DNA of 64,000 bases from Salpingoeca rosetta. Its lineage: Eukaryota; Protista; Choanoflagellata. The notes under the pieces were generated by a model that was not told where the DNA came from, made no database searches, and saw nothing but the letters and a program-made list of their open reading frames with translations. Below, piece by piece: positions 13,755 to 34,811 of the stretch (position 1 is the stretch's first letter; each line of letters starts with the position of its first letter). The DNA is taken from contig JAWQFM010000011.1 in assembly GCA_033442325.1 (NCBI GenBank), positions 1,008,671-1,072,670 on the forward strand, in the 5' to 3' direction. Both the position numbers and the translations under genes were made by a program.

Positions 13755-14680
13755 ACAACTCATACACACACACAACAACTCACTACACACACACACAACA
13801 ACTACACTACACACACACACACACACACACACNNNNNNNNNNNNNNNNNNNNNNNNNNNNNNNNNNNNNNNNNNNNNNNNNNNNNNNNNNNNNNNNNNNN
13901 NNNNNNNNNNNNNNNNNNNNNNNNNNNNNNNNNNNNNNNNNNNNNNNNNNNNNNNNNNNNNNNNNNNNNNNNNNNNNNNNNNNNNNNNNNNNNNNNNNNN
14001 NNNNNNNNNNNNNNNNNNNNNNNNNNNNNNNNNNNNNNNNNNNNNNNNNNNNNNNNNNNNNNNNNNNNNNNNNNNNNNNNNNNNNNNNNNNNNNNNNNNN
14101 NNNNNNNNNNNNNNNNNNNNNNNNNNNNNNNNNNNNNNNNNNNNNNNNNNNNNNNNNNNNNNNNNNNNNNNNNNNNNNNNNNNNNNNNNNNNNNNNNNNN
14201 NNNNNNNNNNNNNNNNNNNNNNNNNNNNNNNNNNNNNNNNNNNNNNNNNNNNNNNNNNNNNNNNNNNNNNNNNNNNNNNNNNNNNNNNNNNNNNNNNNNN
14301 NNNNNNNNNNNNNNNNNNNNNNNNNNNNNNNNNNNNNNNNNNNNNNNNNNNNNNNNNNNNNNNNNNNNNNNNNNNNNNNNNNNNNNNNNNNNNNNNNNNN
14401 NNNNNNNNNNNNNNNNNNNNNNNNNNNNNNNNNNNNNNNNNNNNNNNNNNNNNNNNNNNNNNNNNNNNNNNNNNNNNNNNNNNNNNNNNNNNNNNNNNNN
14501 NNNNNNNNNNNNNNNNNNNNNNNNNNNNNNNNNNNNNNNNNNNNNNNNNNNNNNNNNNNNNNNNNNNNNNNNNNNNNNNNNNNNNNNNNNNNNNNNNNNN
14601 NNNNNNNNNNNNNNNNNNNNNNNNNNNNNCAAAGCAAAGCAAGCCAGCACACTAATCCATACAGTAAGCAACCCAACACC

Positions 14681-14905
14681 AAGCAAAGCAAAGCAAAGCA
14701 AAGCAAAGCAAAGCAAAGCAAAGCAAAGCAAAGCAAAGCAAAGCAAAGCAAAGCAAAGCAAAGCAAAGCAAAGCAAAGCAAAGCAAAGCAAAGCAAAGCA
14801 AAGCAAAGCAAAGCAAAGCAAAGCAAAGCAAAGCAAAGCAAAGCAAAGCAAAGCAAAGCAAAGCAAAGCAAAGCAAAGCAAAGCAAAGCAAAGCAAAGCA
14901 AAGCA
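14681..14905. repeat. (AAAGC)n pentanucleotide microsatellite
   Basis: Perfect aagca repeats next to the gap, within an intron of the minus-strand gene. Confidence 0.95.
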
Positions 14906-14932
14906 AACAAACCACAGAGCAAGGGGGCTCAC

Positions 14933-19926
<4,994 letters not shown>

Positions 19927-20004
19927 CGTTGTGTTATTTGGTTGCTGACGTGTTCGCAAAAAAGTGAGTGGAAGAAGGAGGAAGGACTTGTTCTCGCAAC
20001 AGCC
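19927..20004. promoter_or_regulatory. Putative bidirectional promoter (PDI-like / MRG15), 78 bp between start codons
   Basis: ATG 19926(-) and ATG 20005(+). Confidence 0.5.
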
Positions 20005-23357
<3,353 letters not shown>

Positions 23358-23429
23358 GTGGACTGGCGTGTGAATACTTGTAATACTTGTAATGTTATGT
23401 TCCGCACGCAACGCCAGGTTCAAGCGAGT

Positions 23430-26400
23430 GGTGTGTCTGTGCCATGCGTCATGTCATGCCATCTATGCACGATACTCCCGATCACCACTATCAAGCACAA
23501 CACACACCAAGCGACACGCGACACTCAAAAACATGTACAAGGCAAGAATAAAGAACAGACAGGCAGTTGCAGAAGCGCAAAGGGCCCCGGGCCACTACCG
23601 AGAGGTCGCCAACCCGCGCGCTCTTACCAGACGCGCGAGTACACCTAGCCGTGGCCTTCCACAGGGCTCAACCCGCGCAGACGACCGAGGACCCGAGCAC
23701 AACGACAACGGCAACGACGACGTCGACGACGACGACGACCATGCTGTCGCGGCAGAGGCAAACAGAGAGGAGCCGCTGTGCACCTCCAGCCCCGCCCGGC
23801 ACGAAGGGAGTGACGACCACCTCCAGCCCGTCGATGACGGGCGGTCGACACACTCCCAACATTCCAGCACAGCCATGAGCGACACGCTCGACGCGCTCAA
23901 CGTAACCGACACGCTCGACGCGCTCGACGTAAGTGACACGTTCGACGCGCTCGACGACAGCGAGTTGGTTTCGTCGGGCGAGTTGGTGGACGCCCTCCAA
24001 AGCGTCTACGGCCCCGAACCACCCTCCGACACAGAGGCGACTGACGCTCATGGCCCTAATGCGCTCACGCCCGCGCAAAGCGGGCACCAAGGAGGCCCAG
24101 CCTCACACCAACATGGAGACCACGCCGCAGCGCGTGCGCCTCCCCACGGGGCCGTCGAGGCCCAACACCAACAGCCGACGGCGGCGAACACCACGGCGGC
24201 GTTGACCACGGCCGCGTCCGCTGCACACGAGCCAGCCCAGGCTGCTACTCCCGAACCCCGGACCCCTGCGGATCCTGGTGGTGAGGAGCAGAGCGTCCCG
24301 GACACACCGCTAGCGGACGTGTTCGACCTTAGGCAATGCTGCGACGACACCAACTGCTGGGTGAAAGACCACACCCCGTATGCCCACGACGGATCGTTCG
24401 CAGGGCCCTTGCCGAAGCTCCCCTGCCCCTTCGGCAACTGCAGCGTGCACTCGCACAACGCGGCAGATGGCCACAAGAACCTCACCGCGCTCGCCACTCA
24501 CATACGTACGGCCCACCCAGAACATGCCATACCCGGCCTCGCGGCAGCCCTCGGGCTCGGCTTCTGCACGAAGTGCGCGTACGTGTGCTCTCCGCGGCAC
24601 AAGTGCAAGCACGCGGAGGCAGTTCCGGAGGACCCGCCCGAAACCCACTACAAGCCGGAGTCGTGGTGGAACGCCAAGTTCGCTACTTTCGAGCAAGATC
24701 TGGTGTCCAGGGTGGCCAACGTGGACGTGTATCACGGCGTCAAGACGGCCGTCGACGTCAGAGTTCGCTCCCCGACAGAACGACGCGCAGTCCTGATTGC
24801 GGACTCCCTGATCGGACAGGCGTGTGCCTTCGCGGACGACCCCGACAACGACGACCAGTACACCTACCTGGACGCCGGCGTCTACCTCCTTCAACGCGTT
24901 TTCGCCCGCACGCCCCAGCACTTCCTCTCCCAGAACATGACGCTGGCACGAATGCGGATGCTGGCCGCACGGGAGTGGGACGAGCTGGAGGAGAGTGTGA
25001 CGCGGAAGCCCAGCGGACGCCCGGCCACGGGAGACCGGGCGAAAGCACGGGCGGCGGCGAAGCGGTTTCGAGCTGGGCAAATGTCCAAAGGCCACTCGAT
25101 CCTCCGCGACACCGCCTCCGTCGCGGAGTGGAGCGACGACATCAAGGAGCAGGTGAAGCAGAAGATCATCACGACAGGCAGCGCAGGCCTGCCCAGCAGG
25201 GGCGACGACAACAGCGGCGGCGACGCTGGCGGCGACGGGCCACTCGCCAGAACCACCATCGACGATCTCCCGGTAGAAAAGATCACGGATGCGCTGTACA
25301 CGCTGGACAGGCAGGCGGCGGCGGGCGCCACCGGGCTCACGCCCGCGACCCTGGCGCAGCTGCACGAGCACGGAGCATCCCTGCCGAAGCTGGTCAACGC
25401 GCTGTATCATGGCAAGTTTCGGAAGCGCATGCCACTCCTCATGGGTGGACGCGTGGTGCCGCTGACGAAGAGCAATGGCGGCATCCGACCTGTGGTCCCC
25501 ATGGACAGCATCACCAAGCTCCTGGAGAAGACGGTCTTCAGCGCGCACAAGGCCGAGATCGCCGACGCCCTATGCCCGCACCAACTCGGCGTCGGCATCC
25601 CCGCCGGCACAGAGTGCATCGTGCATGGCCTGCGTGAGTACCTGCGGGCCCACCGGGACCACGTGGCGCAGGCGCTCGACATCTCCAACGCCTTCGGGGC
25701 GGTGACGCGACGCTCAATCTACGACGCCATCAGCCGCCGCTTCCCGAGCCTCGCACATTGCTTCCTGGCGACGTACGGCCAGGCACCGGTCGTCGTCACA
25801 CCGGGTGGCGACACCCTCCACATGCGCGATGGCATCGCGCAGGGCGGTCCGCTCTCACCGGCGTATTTTGCCCTCGCCACGATCCACGCGCTGAAGGAAA
25901 CCGACAAGGCCCACCCCACGGTCACCGTCGTCGCGTACCTTGATGACACCTACATCGTTGGCCCGCGCGATGACGTCAAGGCGGCCGCGGAGCGGCTCGA
26001 CACGGAGATCCGCCGGACGGGGCTGAAGATCAATGAAGGCAAGACGGTCGTCATCCCCTACGGCGACCAGACCGCGAAAGTGCTGGGCGTCCCCCTCTTC
26101 GGGCCATACGAGGCATCCCACCTCGACGAGACACGGAGGGCTCTCGACCTGGCGAGCGCCACTTGCCGGCGCAACTGGTCTTCCAGTTCCTTCGGTACTG
26201 CATTACGACCAAGTCCGGCTACTTCATGCGCACGACCCGTCGGTCGAAGGAGTACTGCGAAGCGCTCGACGACATTATCGCGGAGCAGCTTCGGCGCATG
26301 ATGGGCGCCTTCAAGCCCCTGTCATCGCGGGCCCTGACGCGGGCACGACGACCCATCAAACAAGGAGGCCTTGGGCTACGGAGGCAGACAAGCGTCGCCC

Positions 26401-27044
26401 CCGCCGCCTTCCTCGGCTCCGTCTGCAGCTTCAGCAAGAGCCCTCACCACCCTTTCCAAGCATACACCACGCCGGGCGCCGAATTGGAGGCGGAGATAGC
26501 GCAAGCCATCGCGGATCTGCACCTCGGCGACGACGGCCCCCGTGACACGAGGGACGTTCTAAACCACGACGCTCGCAGCTTGCAGCAGTTCCTGACCCAG
26601 ATCATGGACAGGAAGACGGGCTGGGACGAGAACCCACGCAACCGAGCCATTCAACGAGGAGCCAGCCTGCACGGCGGCTACGAGTGGCTCCTGGCCCTGC
26701 CCAGCTGCAAGGACCTACGGATGTCGGACAAGGTGTTTCGGTTTGCTCTGAGCCAGCGGATTCGGACACCTTGCTCCGAGTCGCGTGCATCAGGCAGCTG
26801 CTACTGCTGCGGGCGCGAGATGAAGCTGGACCACGCAGAAGTCTGCGACTCCACAAGAACGGGCCGGCACGACTATATGCAGAACGCCATCGCCCGGGCC
26901 TTCATGCAGCTCAACCGCCGCGCGACACAAGAGCCCTCCGGCTTCCCAGGCGCAGGCGGCAAGCGCGGTGACATCCTCAGCTTCGACAAGTCTGGCGATT
27001 ACACCGTGTTTGACCTCGTGTTTGCCGCCCCCGCGGCCAGCTCG
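23430..27044 (+). mobile_element. Non-LTR retrotransposon, CRE clade (RT + restriction-like endonuclease); ends uncertain, 3' part in gap 27045-27850
   Basis: Intronless, microsatellite-free 3.5 kb coding stretch unlike the host genes; N-terminal zinc fingers, RT, CCHC knuckle and RLE in the CRE/R2-type order; no APE endonuclease, no LTRs. Confidence 0.85.
23533..27044 (+). pseudogene. CRE-type polyprotein (ZnF-RT-CCHC-RLE) with a 1-nt frameshift near 26153
   Basis: CPFGNC...HIRTAH; GGIRPV; QLGVGIPAGTECIVH; LDISNAF; GIAQGGPLSP; AYLDD; GLKINEGKT; after the frameshift PIKQGGLGL, EWLLALP, CYCC..DHAEVC, RHD, EPSG..KRGDI..FDLVF. ORFs 23392-26301 and 26163+ join if one base is restored (DLA-ERHLPAQ). 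Confidence 0.8.
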
Positions 27045-27952
27045 NNNNNNNNNNNNNNNNNNNNNNNNNNNNNNNNNNNNNNNNNNNNNNNNNNNNNNNN
27101 NNNNNNNNNNNNNNNNNNNNNNNNNNNNNNNNNNNNNNNNNNNNNNNNNNNNNNNNNNNNNNNNNNNNNNNNNNNNNNNNNNNNNNNNNNNNNNNNNNNN
27201 NNNNNNNNNNNNNNNNNNNNNNNNNNNNNNNNNNNNNNNNNNNNNNNNNNNNNNNNNNNNNNNNNNNNNNNNNNNNNNNNNNNNNNNNNNNNNNNNNNNN
27301 NNNNNNNNNNNNNNNNNNNNNNNNNNNNNNNNNNNNNNNNNNNNNNNNNNNNNNNNNNNNNNNNNNNNNNNNNNNNNNNNNNNNNNNNNNNNNNNNNNNN
27401 NNNNNNNNNNNNNNNNNNNNNNNNNNNNNNNNNNNNNNNNNNNNNNNNNNNNNNNNNNNNNNNNNNNNNNNNNNNNNNNNNNNNNNNNNNNNNNNNNNNN
27501 NNNNNNNNNNNNNNNNNNNNNNNNNNNNNNNNNNNNNNNNNNNNNNNNNNNNNNNNNNNNNNNNNNNNNNNNNNNNNNNNNNNNNNNNNNNNNNNNNNNN
27601 NNNNNNNNNNNNNNNNNNNNNNNNNNNNNNNNNNNNNNNNNNNNNNNNNNNNNNNNNNNNNNNNNNNNNNNNNNNNNNNNNNNNNNNNNNNNNNNNNNNN
27701 NNNNNNNNNNNNNNNNNNNNNNNNNNNNNNNNNNNNNNNNNNNNNNNNNNNNNNNNNNNNNNNNNNNNNNNNNNNNNNNNNNNNNNNNNNNNNNNNNNNN
27801 NNNNNNNNNNNNNNNNNNNNNNNNNNNNNNNNNNNNNNNNNNNNNNNNNNTTCCCCATCTCTGAGCGCTGGGAGCAGTGTAAGATTTCAGCGAGTTTTCC
27901 CCAATAAACCAAAGAAACGAACACAACAAGCAACAAGCAATCACACAAGAGG

Positions 27953-29531
27953 ATGGATGAGGGTGGCGCGCCGGGTGGCTGTCTTGGGTGTTGTGGAGCG
28001 CTGTGTCACCTGTTGTGTTGTCCACCATGCCCTGGAGCAATCGCCGGTAAATGAGAGCATGCGCACAGCTTGCGTGTGTACTGTGTGTGTGTGTGTGTGT
28101 TCTGTGTATGTGGGGTGGGGATAACTTTGATGTGTCTCTTTGCCTGTCTTCGATGTGTCGAATACCTTGAGCGCCCGTGGGCGTTGCGTGTGGTCCTTGA
28201 ATCGCAGGCCTTGTCCTTCGAATGCTTCCCTGCTTGTTCCATGGAACAATAGGGGCATTGACGATATGCGTGACCTGCAATGGATGTATCCACGGTTCCA
28301 TGCCCAACACAACCTGGGCTTCGGCACCCTGCTTGCTGCCTTCTTCCCTTTGATGACGGCTCACGCGCCCACTCGCTGGTCTGCTGCTCTTGGCGTACAC
28401 ATCACATGACACAGCCAAGGTTGCGTTTCAACCACCCCCTTGCTCCTATGAAGTGCGAGAGGCCGACGGCCTGAGCCCACAGCTGTGGATTGAGGAGACA
28501 TACATGCGGCAGAACCCGAAGCGGCACTTCTCCCCGCATATCCCTTGCCACGTCATCACAGACATCCGCACGCGTAGAAGGTCGAGGCTATGCGCCATCT
28601 ACCTCGAGCAGCCCGACAGTGATCTCACCATCGTGTTCAGCCACGGCAACGCGGTCAGTTGGTGGGGCTGGAGGTGGTGGTCTGGAAAAGAAAGCGTGCT
28701 AGAGGGTGTAGTTTGTGTCCATGGCCGCGAGAAGTGAGAAGCAATCCCTCGGCACATCATACACACACACACATTCCTCTCTCTCTGTCTCTGTCTCTCT
28801 GTCTCTCTCTCTCTCATGCTCTCAATCACACCTCTCTCTCCCCCTCTCTGTCTCTCTCTCTCATGCTCTCAATCACACCTCTCTCTCCCCCTCTCTGTCT
28901 CTCTCTCTCATGCTCTCAATCACACCTCTCTCTCCCCCTCCCTCCCTCCCTCTCTCTCATGCTCTCAATCACACCTCTCTCTCTCTCACATTCGCACATG
29001 CTGTTGCTGCCAGGTCGATTTGGGGCAAATGGCGGTGTTTCTGGCGCAGCTTGCGGCGCAGATCAACTGCTCCATCTTTGCATACGACTACTCAGGCTAT
29101 GGCCTCAGCACAGGCTCACCCTCGGAGGCCAACTTGTATCGGGATATTGAAGCGGTTGTGGACTGTATCACGCAGAGGTGAGAGCAACAAAAACAGCAGC
29201 AGGAGTCATTCCAACCCTTGCTCCACGTGAACAGCAGAACACGTCATCCCCTCGTCACGCATATGGCTTGCTCACAACATCTTGTTTGTTCTCTCTTTGC
29301 GGGTCTCGCACACCCCATTCATTTCGTGACTTATGTGCTCTGTTGCGCGTGCCTGCAGATTTGGTGTACCGCGCAGCTCCATCTTGCTGTATGGGCAGAG
29401 CATCGGCACCGTGCCCACCGTCGACTATGCCGCCCGCCACCCGGACCTTGCCGGCGTCGTCCTCCACTCCCCGCTCGCTTCAGGTGCGTGCGTGTGTGTG
29501 TGTGCGTGCGTGCGTGCGTGTGCGTGTGCGT

Positions 29532-29568
<37 letters not shown>

Positions 29569-29577
29569 TGTGTGTGT

Positions 29578-29618
<41 letters not shown>

Positions 29619-29754
29619 GTGTGTGTGTGTGTGTGTGTGTGTNNNNNNNNNNNNNNNNNNNNNNNNNNNNNNNNNNNNNNNNNNNNNNNNNNNNNNNNNN
29701 NNNNNNNNNNNNNNNNNNNNNNNNNNNNNNNNNNNNNNNNNNGTGTGTCGTGTG

Positions 29755-29795
<41 letters not shown>

Positions 29796-30510
29796 GTGTG
29801 TGTGTGTGTGTCTGTGTGTGTGTGTGTGTGTGTTGTGTGTGTGTGTGTTGTGTGTGTGTGTGTTGTGTGTGTGTGTGTGTGCATTTGGACGGCTTGGTCT
29901 GATGCGCTTGAGCTTCCCATAACTCTGCCTCAACCCCAAACACACTCCCATCACCACCACCACCACTCCCACCCCCCACCCTCGCTGTCCCTCGTGTCAG
30001 GGCTGCGCGTGTTGAAGCCGACGTTGCAGCGGACGTACTGCTGCGATCCGTTTCCGAGCATCGAGAAGGTGCACCGCATCAACATGCCCGTCCTCATCTT
30101 CCACGGCAAGAAGGTAGTCAGTCTCGCACGCGCACGCACACATGAGGTGGCATGATACCAGTCATTGGGATGAGAAGCGAATGCACGGCGTGTTTGTGTG
30201 TTTGCACTTGTAGATCATCAAACACGTGGCTCGTCCGCTTTCCCGCAACTCATGACAACTCCCCTCACCCCATTCACCATTCACCATTACCATCACCATC
30301 GCCAACACCACCATCTTTGTGCGGCAGGACCAAGTCATCCACTTCAGCCACGGGTATGCACTGCATGAGCGCTGTCCGGGCTCTGCAAATCCCGTGTGGA
30401 TCGACAGTGCCGACCACAACGACATTGAGATGTATCCGCAGTACATTGACAACCTCGCCATCTTCCTCGATCAGATCAGACACAGCTCCAGCGACTCTGT
30501 TGTCGTCTAG
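27953..30510 (+). CDS. ABHD17: ABHD17-family alpha/beta hydrolase (protein depalmitoylase)
   Basis: Exon 1 (27953-28046) [20 protein letters not shown] splices to 28415 AKVAFQPP; [42 protein letters not shown] (nucleophile), [27 protein letters not shown]; stop 30510. Confidence 0.95.
28806..28987. repeat. 47-bp minisatellite, 4 copies, in ABHD17 intron 2
   Basis: catgctctcaatcacacctctctctc at 28815, 28862, 28909 and 28958. Confidence 0.85.
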
Positions 30511-30933
30511 CAGTTGGTTGGGTGTGTGTCTCTGTGCAAGTACATGTGCCTCTGTGTGTGTGTGTCTGCGTGTGCGTGTGTTTGTGTCTATCTGTGTGTT
30601 GTCTGTCTGTCGAAGGCTGTTCACACACACACACACACTCTCTCTCTACCTCTCTTCCTCTCCTCGCTGCAATTGCTTTGCTTGCTTTTGCTCGTCGGCC
30701 ATGTTCTGATCGTGTTACAGCTATTCGGTGCTTGTCTGTTTCTGTTGTTTCATCCCTGCCGATTGATCGATTGCTCTTGCTTGCTCGCATGCGTGTAAAC
30801 TTCGTTTATGCTCCTGACTGTGTACATGCGCCATGCTTCCTGCCTCGAACACACGAATGGAATTAACAGTACGCGCCTTCGTAACCGCACAAAACGCGGG
30901 CCAAATGGCACTCTCAAAAGACAAAACCGACGA

Positions 30934-31005
<72 letters not shown>

Positions 31006-31046
31006 GAGCATACACACACACACACACCACACAAGCATATGTGGAG

Positions 31047-32807
31047 TCACCAGCCGCTGTCGCTTGAGTCCTGACCGGAATCGGGGTCCTCTTCCGGCAG
31101 GTCCTCCGACCAATCGCTGTGCAGCTGCGCCTGCGCCTCTGCAGTTCGCTCCACGTGCTCCTCAATGCTTGCAAGCACCGTCCGCAGTACGCTCACTGCG
31201 CGCCGCGTCACCACCCCAAAGCGAGCCTTCACTTCACAGTGTTCTTCGTCGCCGTCCTCCTTCTCCTCGCTTTTCTTCGCTCGTTTGGTCGCAGGAGCGC
31301 CATCACCATCGCCGCCTGATTCTCCGCTTCTCAAGTCACCACCACCACCACCAAGCGCATCATCATGATGATCATCGTCATGATCATCGTCGTCGTCGGC
31401 ACGATCCACCTCCTGCTGCTCCTCGTCATCTTCGCTGTCGACATCGGCGGGGCGCTGGGGCTGAAACTCGCCATCACCATCGTCACCGCCCCCTTCATCG
31501 TCGTCTTCGTCGACGCCCGCCAGCAGAAGCTTGAACAGCGACTCCTCCTCTGCTGTTGGCGTTGGCACTGGCACCGTGCCAGCCGACTCACCGTCTTCAT
31601 CGCCATCGCCAGCATCTTCATCTGTTGCTCTTAACGCTTCTTCTTCTTCTTCTTCTTCTTCTTCTTCTTCTTCTTCTTCTTCTTCTTCTTCTTCTTCCTC
31701 CTCCTCCAGCTCCTCTTCAATAAACTCATATTTCACGCCTGGTCTACCCGTGTCGTGTTGATCATCATCGCCCTCGTCATCTGTTATTTCCACAATCTCT
31801 TCAATCACCTCCTCCTCAATCACCTCCTCCTCCTCCTCCCCCTCTTCTCCCTCGACATGCTCTTCAGTCTTGAGTTGGAGGGCGCCCGTGTCAGCTTCAT
31901 CGTCGTTGTCGTCGCTGTCGTCCATGACACCGTCATCATCCTCTTCTTCTCCCTCCGCACCCGCTTGCTGTGCATCCGAGAGCACGTTCGCATTGCTACC
32001 GTCACTGGCACCGCCATTACTGCCATCATCACCATTGCCGTCATCACCAGCTTCAACATCGTCATAATCAACGTCAACGTCATCGCCATCATCATTTTCA
32101 TCAGCATCCAGCTTGAGCTTCGTCTTGCCAATTGTGCGATAGTCCAGGCACAGGTGTTGCGGCGTGTTACCTGCTGCCCCCTGGCCCCACTGGTTCCACA
32201 CAGACGCGGGCGCCTGTGCCATCGCATCGTCCTCGTACACGCGTGCCAGCAGCTCGCGCCTCATGCGTGGCGGGAGTGGCAGCGGCCTCTTCACCCGAAG
32301 CACCGCCCGCTCCACCACCTGCTGGTCCGTGAATAGCGCGCGCGTGCGCAGGAGGAAGAAGCCCTGCTGCTGGCGGCTGGGCACGATCTTGCGCTTGAGG
32401 TGCTCTGGCTGCGGGAACATGACGTGGCGTTGGTGAGCAGGCAGGGACGCCACAAAATGCGTGTACCGCTGCATGTTGTGCATGTACAGCGCAAGGTTGA
32501 GCACAAAGTACGCGCAGGCGTTGGAGCACTTGCGCCGCTCGCGAATGTGCAGCCGCAAGTTGTGGAACGAGTTGCGCGGAAACCCCATCTCAAGCAGGGC
32601 TGCGTCGAGTCGGCCCACGGCTGCCTTCAGGAGCGGCACCTGGCGGGCGTGCACACCAGCGGCGAGGACGAACGGCGTGCAGGTCCGGTACACACACACG
32701 GCGACGAGCGCCTGCAGCAGCGGCGCAGCAGCAGCATTCAGCTTCGTGGGCCCTGAAAATGTACGCAGGAATGGTGTGTGGATGCATTTGCATGTGTGAA
32801 GGGGTGC

Positions 32808-32904
<97 letters not shown>

Positions 32905-34756
32905 GGTGTGAAGGTGTGAAGGTGTGTGTGTGTGTGAACGTGTGCGTGGCACAGCTACTACGTAGGCGCTCTCATGAGCTGCACGAGTGCGCGTACACAG
33001 ACCCGCTGCATGCGAGCAAGTGTACGCACAAGAGCTTTCGAGGGGGAGGGCGAACGGCCACCACAGCATGGCGGTCCTGCGGGTGATGTTGATGCGCTTG
33101 ACGTCGGGTTTCCACATTGGGTGTGTCGTGCGGTGGCGGCCCGTATCCGTCGGCGGCAGAACAACACGTGTCATCCTCTCATTCAGCACGCTGCAAAGTG
33201 TCCGAGGAGCGGGGGGGGGAAGGGAAGGCAATCAAGTCGTTGAGTGGTGGTTGAGTGGCGGTCGAGTGGTCGATAACGACAGCGCGAGTCAATGCAAATT
33301 CAACACCAAAAGAACGCCACACGCACGCACGCACGCACGCACGCACGCACAGAGACACACAGACACGTACAAACACACACACACAGATACACACACAGAG
33401 TCACAGACATACACACATGCACACAGACACAAACACAGGCACACAGTCACACACACGCGCGCGCGCACACACACAAACACACAGACACACACCGCTGCGG
33501 GGCGTTGAGGAGAAGGCGACAGAGGGGAATGAGGGCAAGTGGGTTGGTCCAGTTGCGTTTGGTCTCTGCGTGGGCGATGGCGACATCAATCGCCATCTCA
33601 ATGTCCTGGACAGCAGGGCAGAAGGTGTGGTGGTATTGCCGGGTGAGAACTCACACAATGGCAGAGAGTGAACTCATTACTTGGACCAAGTGTCCATGTT
33701 CGCGTGCGGTTTACGATGGTCGCATGTGTCGCACCCTTGTTCCTCCTCCAATGTGTATGGTGCCCAAGGCACGCACGTTCCTCTCCACCCTTTCATCCCG
33801 CGACGCATGTGCATGCCGTGGCACCACTGCAAAGCCCCCCTTCCCATCTCACCACGTGTGCGTAATTGACGACGGAGCGGAGAAGGGGGTTTGCGGGATC
33901 AACCTGGCTGAGCGCGCGAAGAAGATACTGCACACGCACACGCACACGCACACGCACACGCACAAACACACATACATACACGCACAGACACACACACACA
34001 CACAAACACACGCGCACACACACACACACACACACAAACACACGCGCGCATGCACACACACACACAAGAACACACGCGCGCATGCACAAGCACATGCGGC
34101 AGCAGAAAGTGCGGTGAATGGCGAGGCGATGAACACCAAGCAATAGTGATGGTGGGAGAGAGGAAAAACATGTGCCAAGCAAAGACCCAACGTGAGAGCA
34201 GAACCAGGAAAGAAACAAAACAGCAGGGTGAAAGTATCACGCAAGCAATAGACAGCGCAACCACTCGAAGACGGTGACTCACCAGCAAGTTCTTAGCGCG
34301 GCGTGAGCTGACGGCGTCACTACCATCAGCACCGTCCTCATCCAACTCCCCCTCCTCCCCCTCCTCCCTCTCCTCCTCGTCGTCATCGTCCTCGTCGTTG
34401 TCCTCGTCGTCATCGTCATCGTGGAAGTACGTCCTCCCGTCCGCGGGCTTATCGCTGCGCTCTCTGCGACGGAAGAGGCCGCCGTCTCCAACAGTCCGGA
34501 AGATGTGAAACGCAATTACAAGGGCGCCTGGGGATTGGGGCGTCACGTTTAGATAGGCCGCGGCGACACGGGGCAGGTCAGCAGCCCGGTTTGTTGCGGT
34601 GAGGACGTCTGCGTATTTGATGACGAAGAAGTCGATGTTGTCGAGTGGGGTGGCGAGCTGGATGCAGCGGCTGAAGAGGTGGTGGATGCGGTCAAGCGAC
34701 GGCACGGGATCCGCTGTTGGGGCGCGCGCGTGTGTGCATGTGTGTGCATGTGTGTG

Positions 34757-34811
<55 letters not shown>

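Noticed and set aside
24310-25637. Long overlapping and antisense ORFs (412 aa -, 433 aa +) inside the retroelement
   Set aside because: Shadow frames expected from GC-rich codon usage; no motifs.
27851-27910. Possible snRNA or spliced-leader target next to the retroelement (gagttttccccaataaacc)
   Set aside because: Only short chance-level resemblance to U1/U4 segments, no Sm site or fold; more likely element 3' UTR or ABHD17 leader. No exact TSD found.
28140-28474. Alternative ABHD17 N-termini suggested by the ORF track
   Set aside because: They lie in intron 1; the Cys-rich exon 1 at 27953-28046 splices in phase to 28415.
28806-28987. Regularly spaced repeats resembling a CRISPR array
   Set aside because: Head-to-tail minisatellite without unique spacers, in a eukaryotic intron, with no cas genes.
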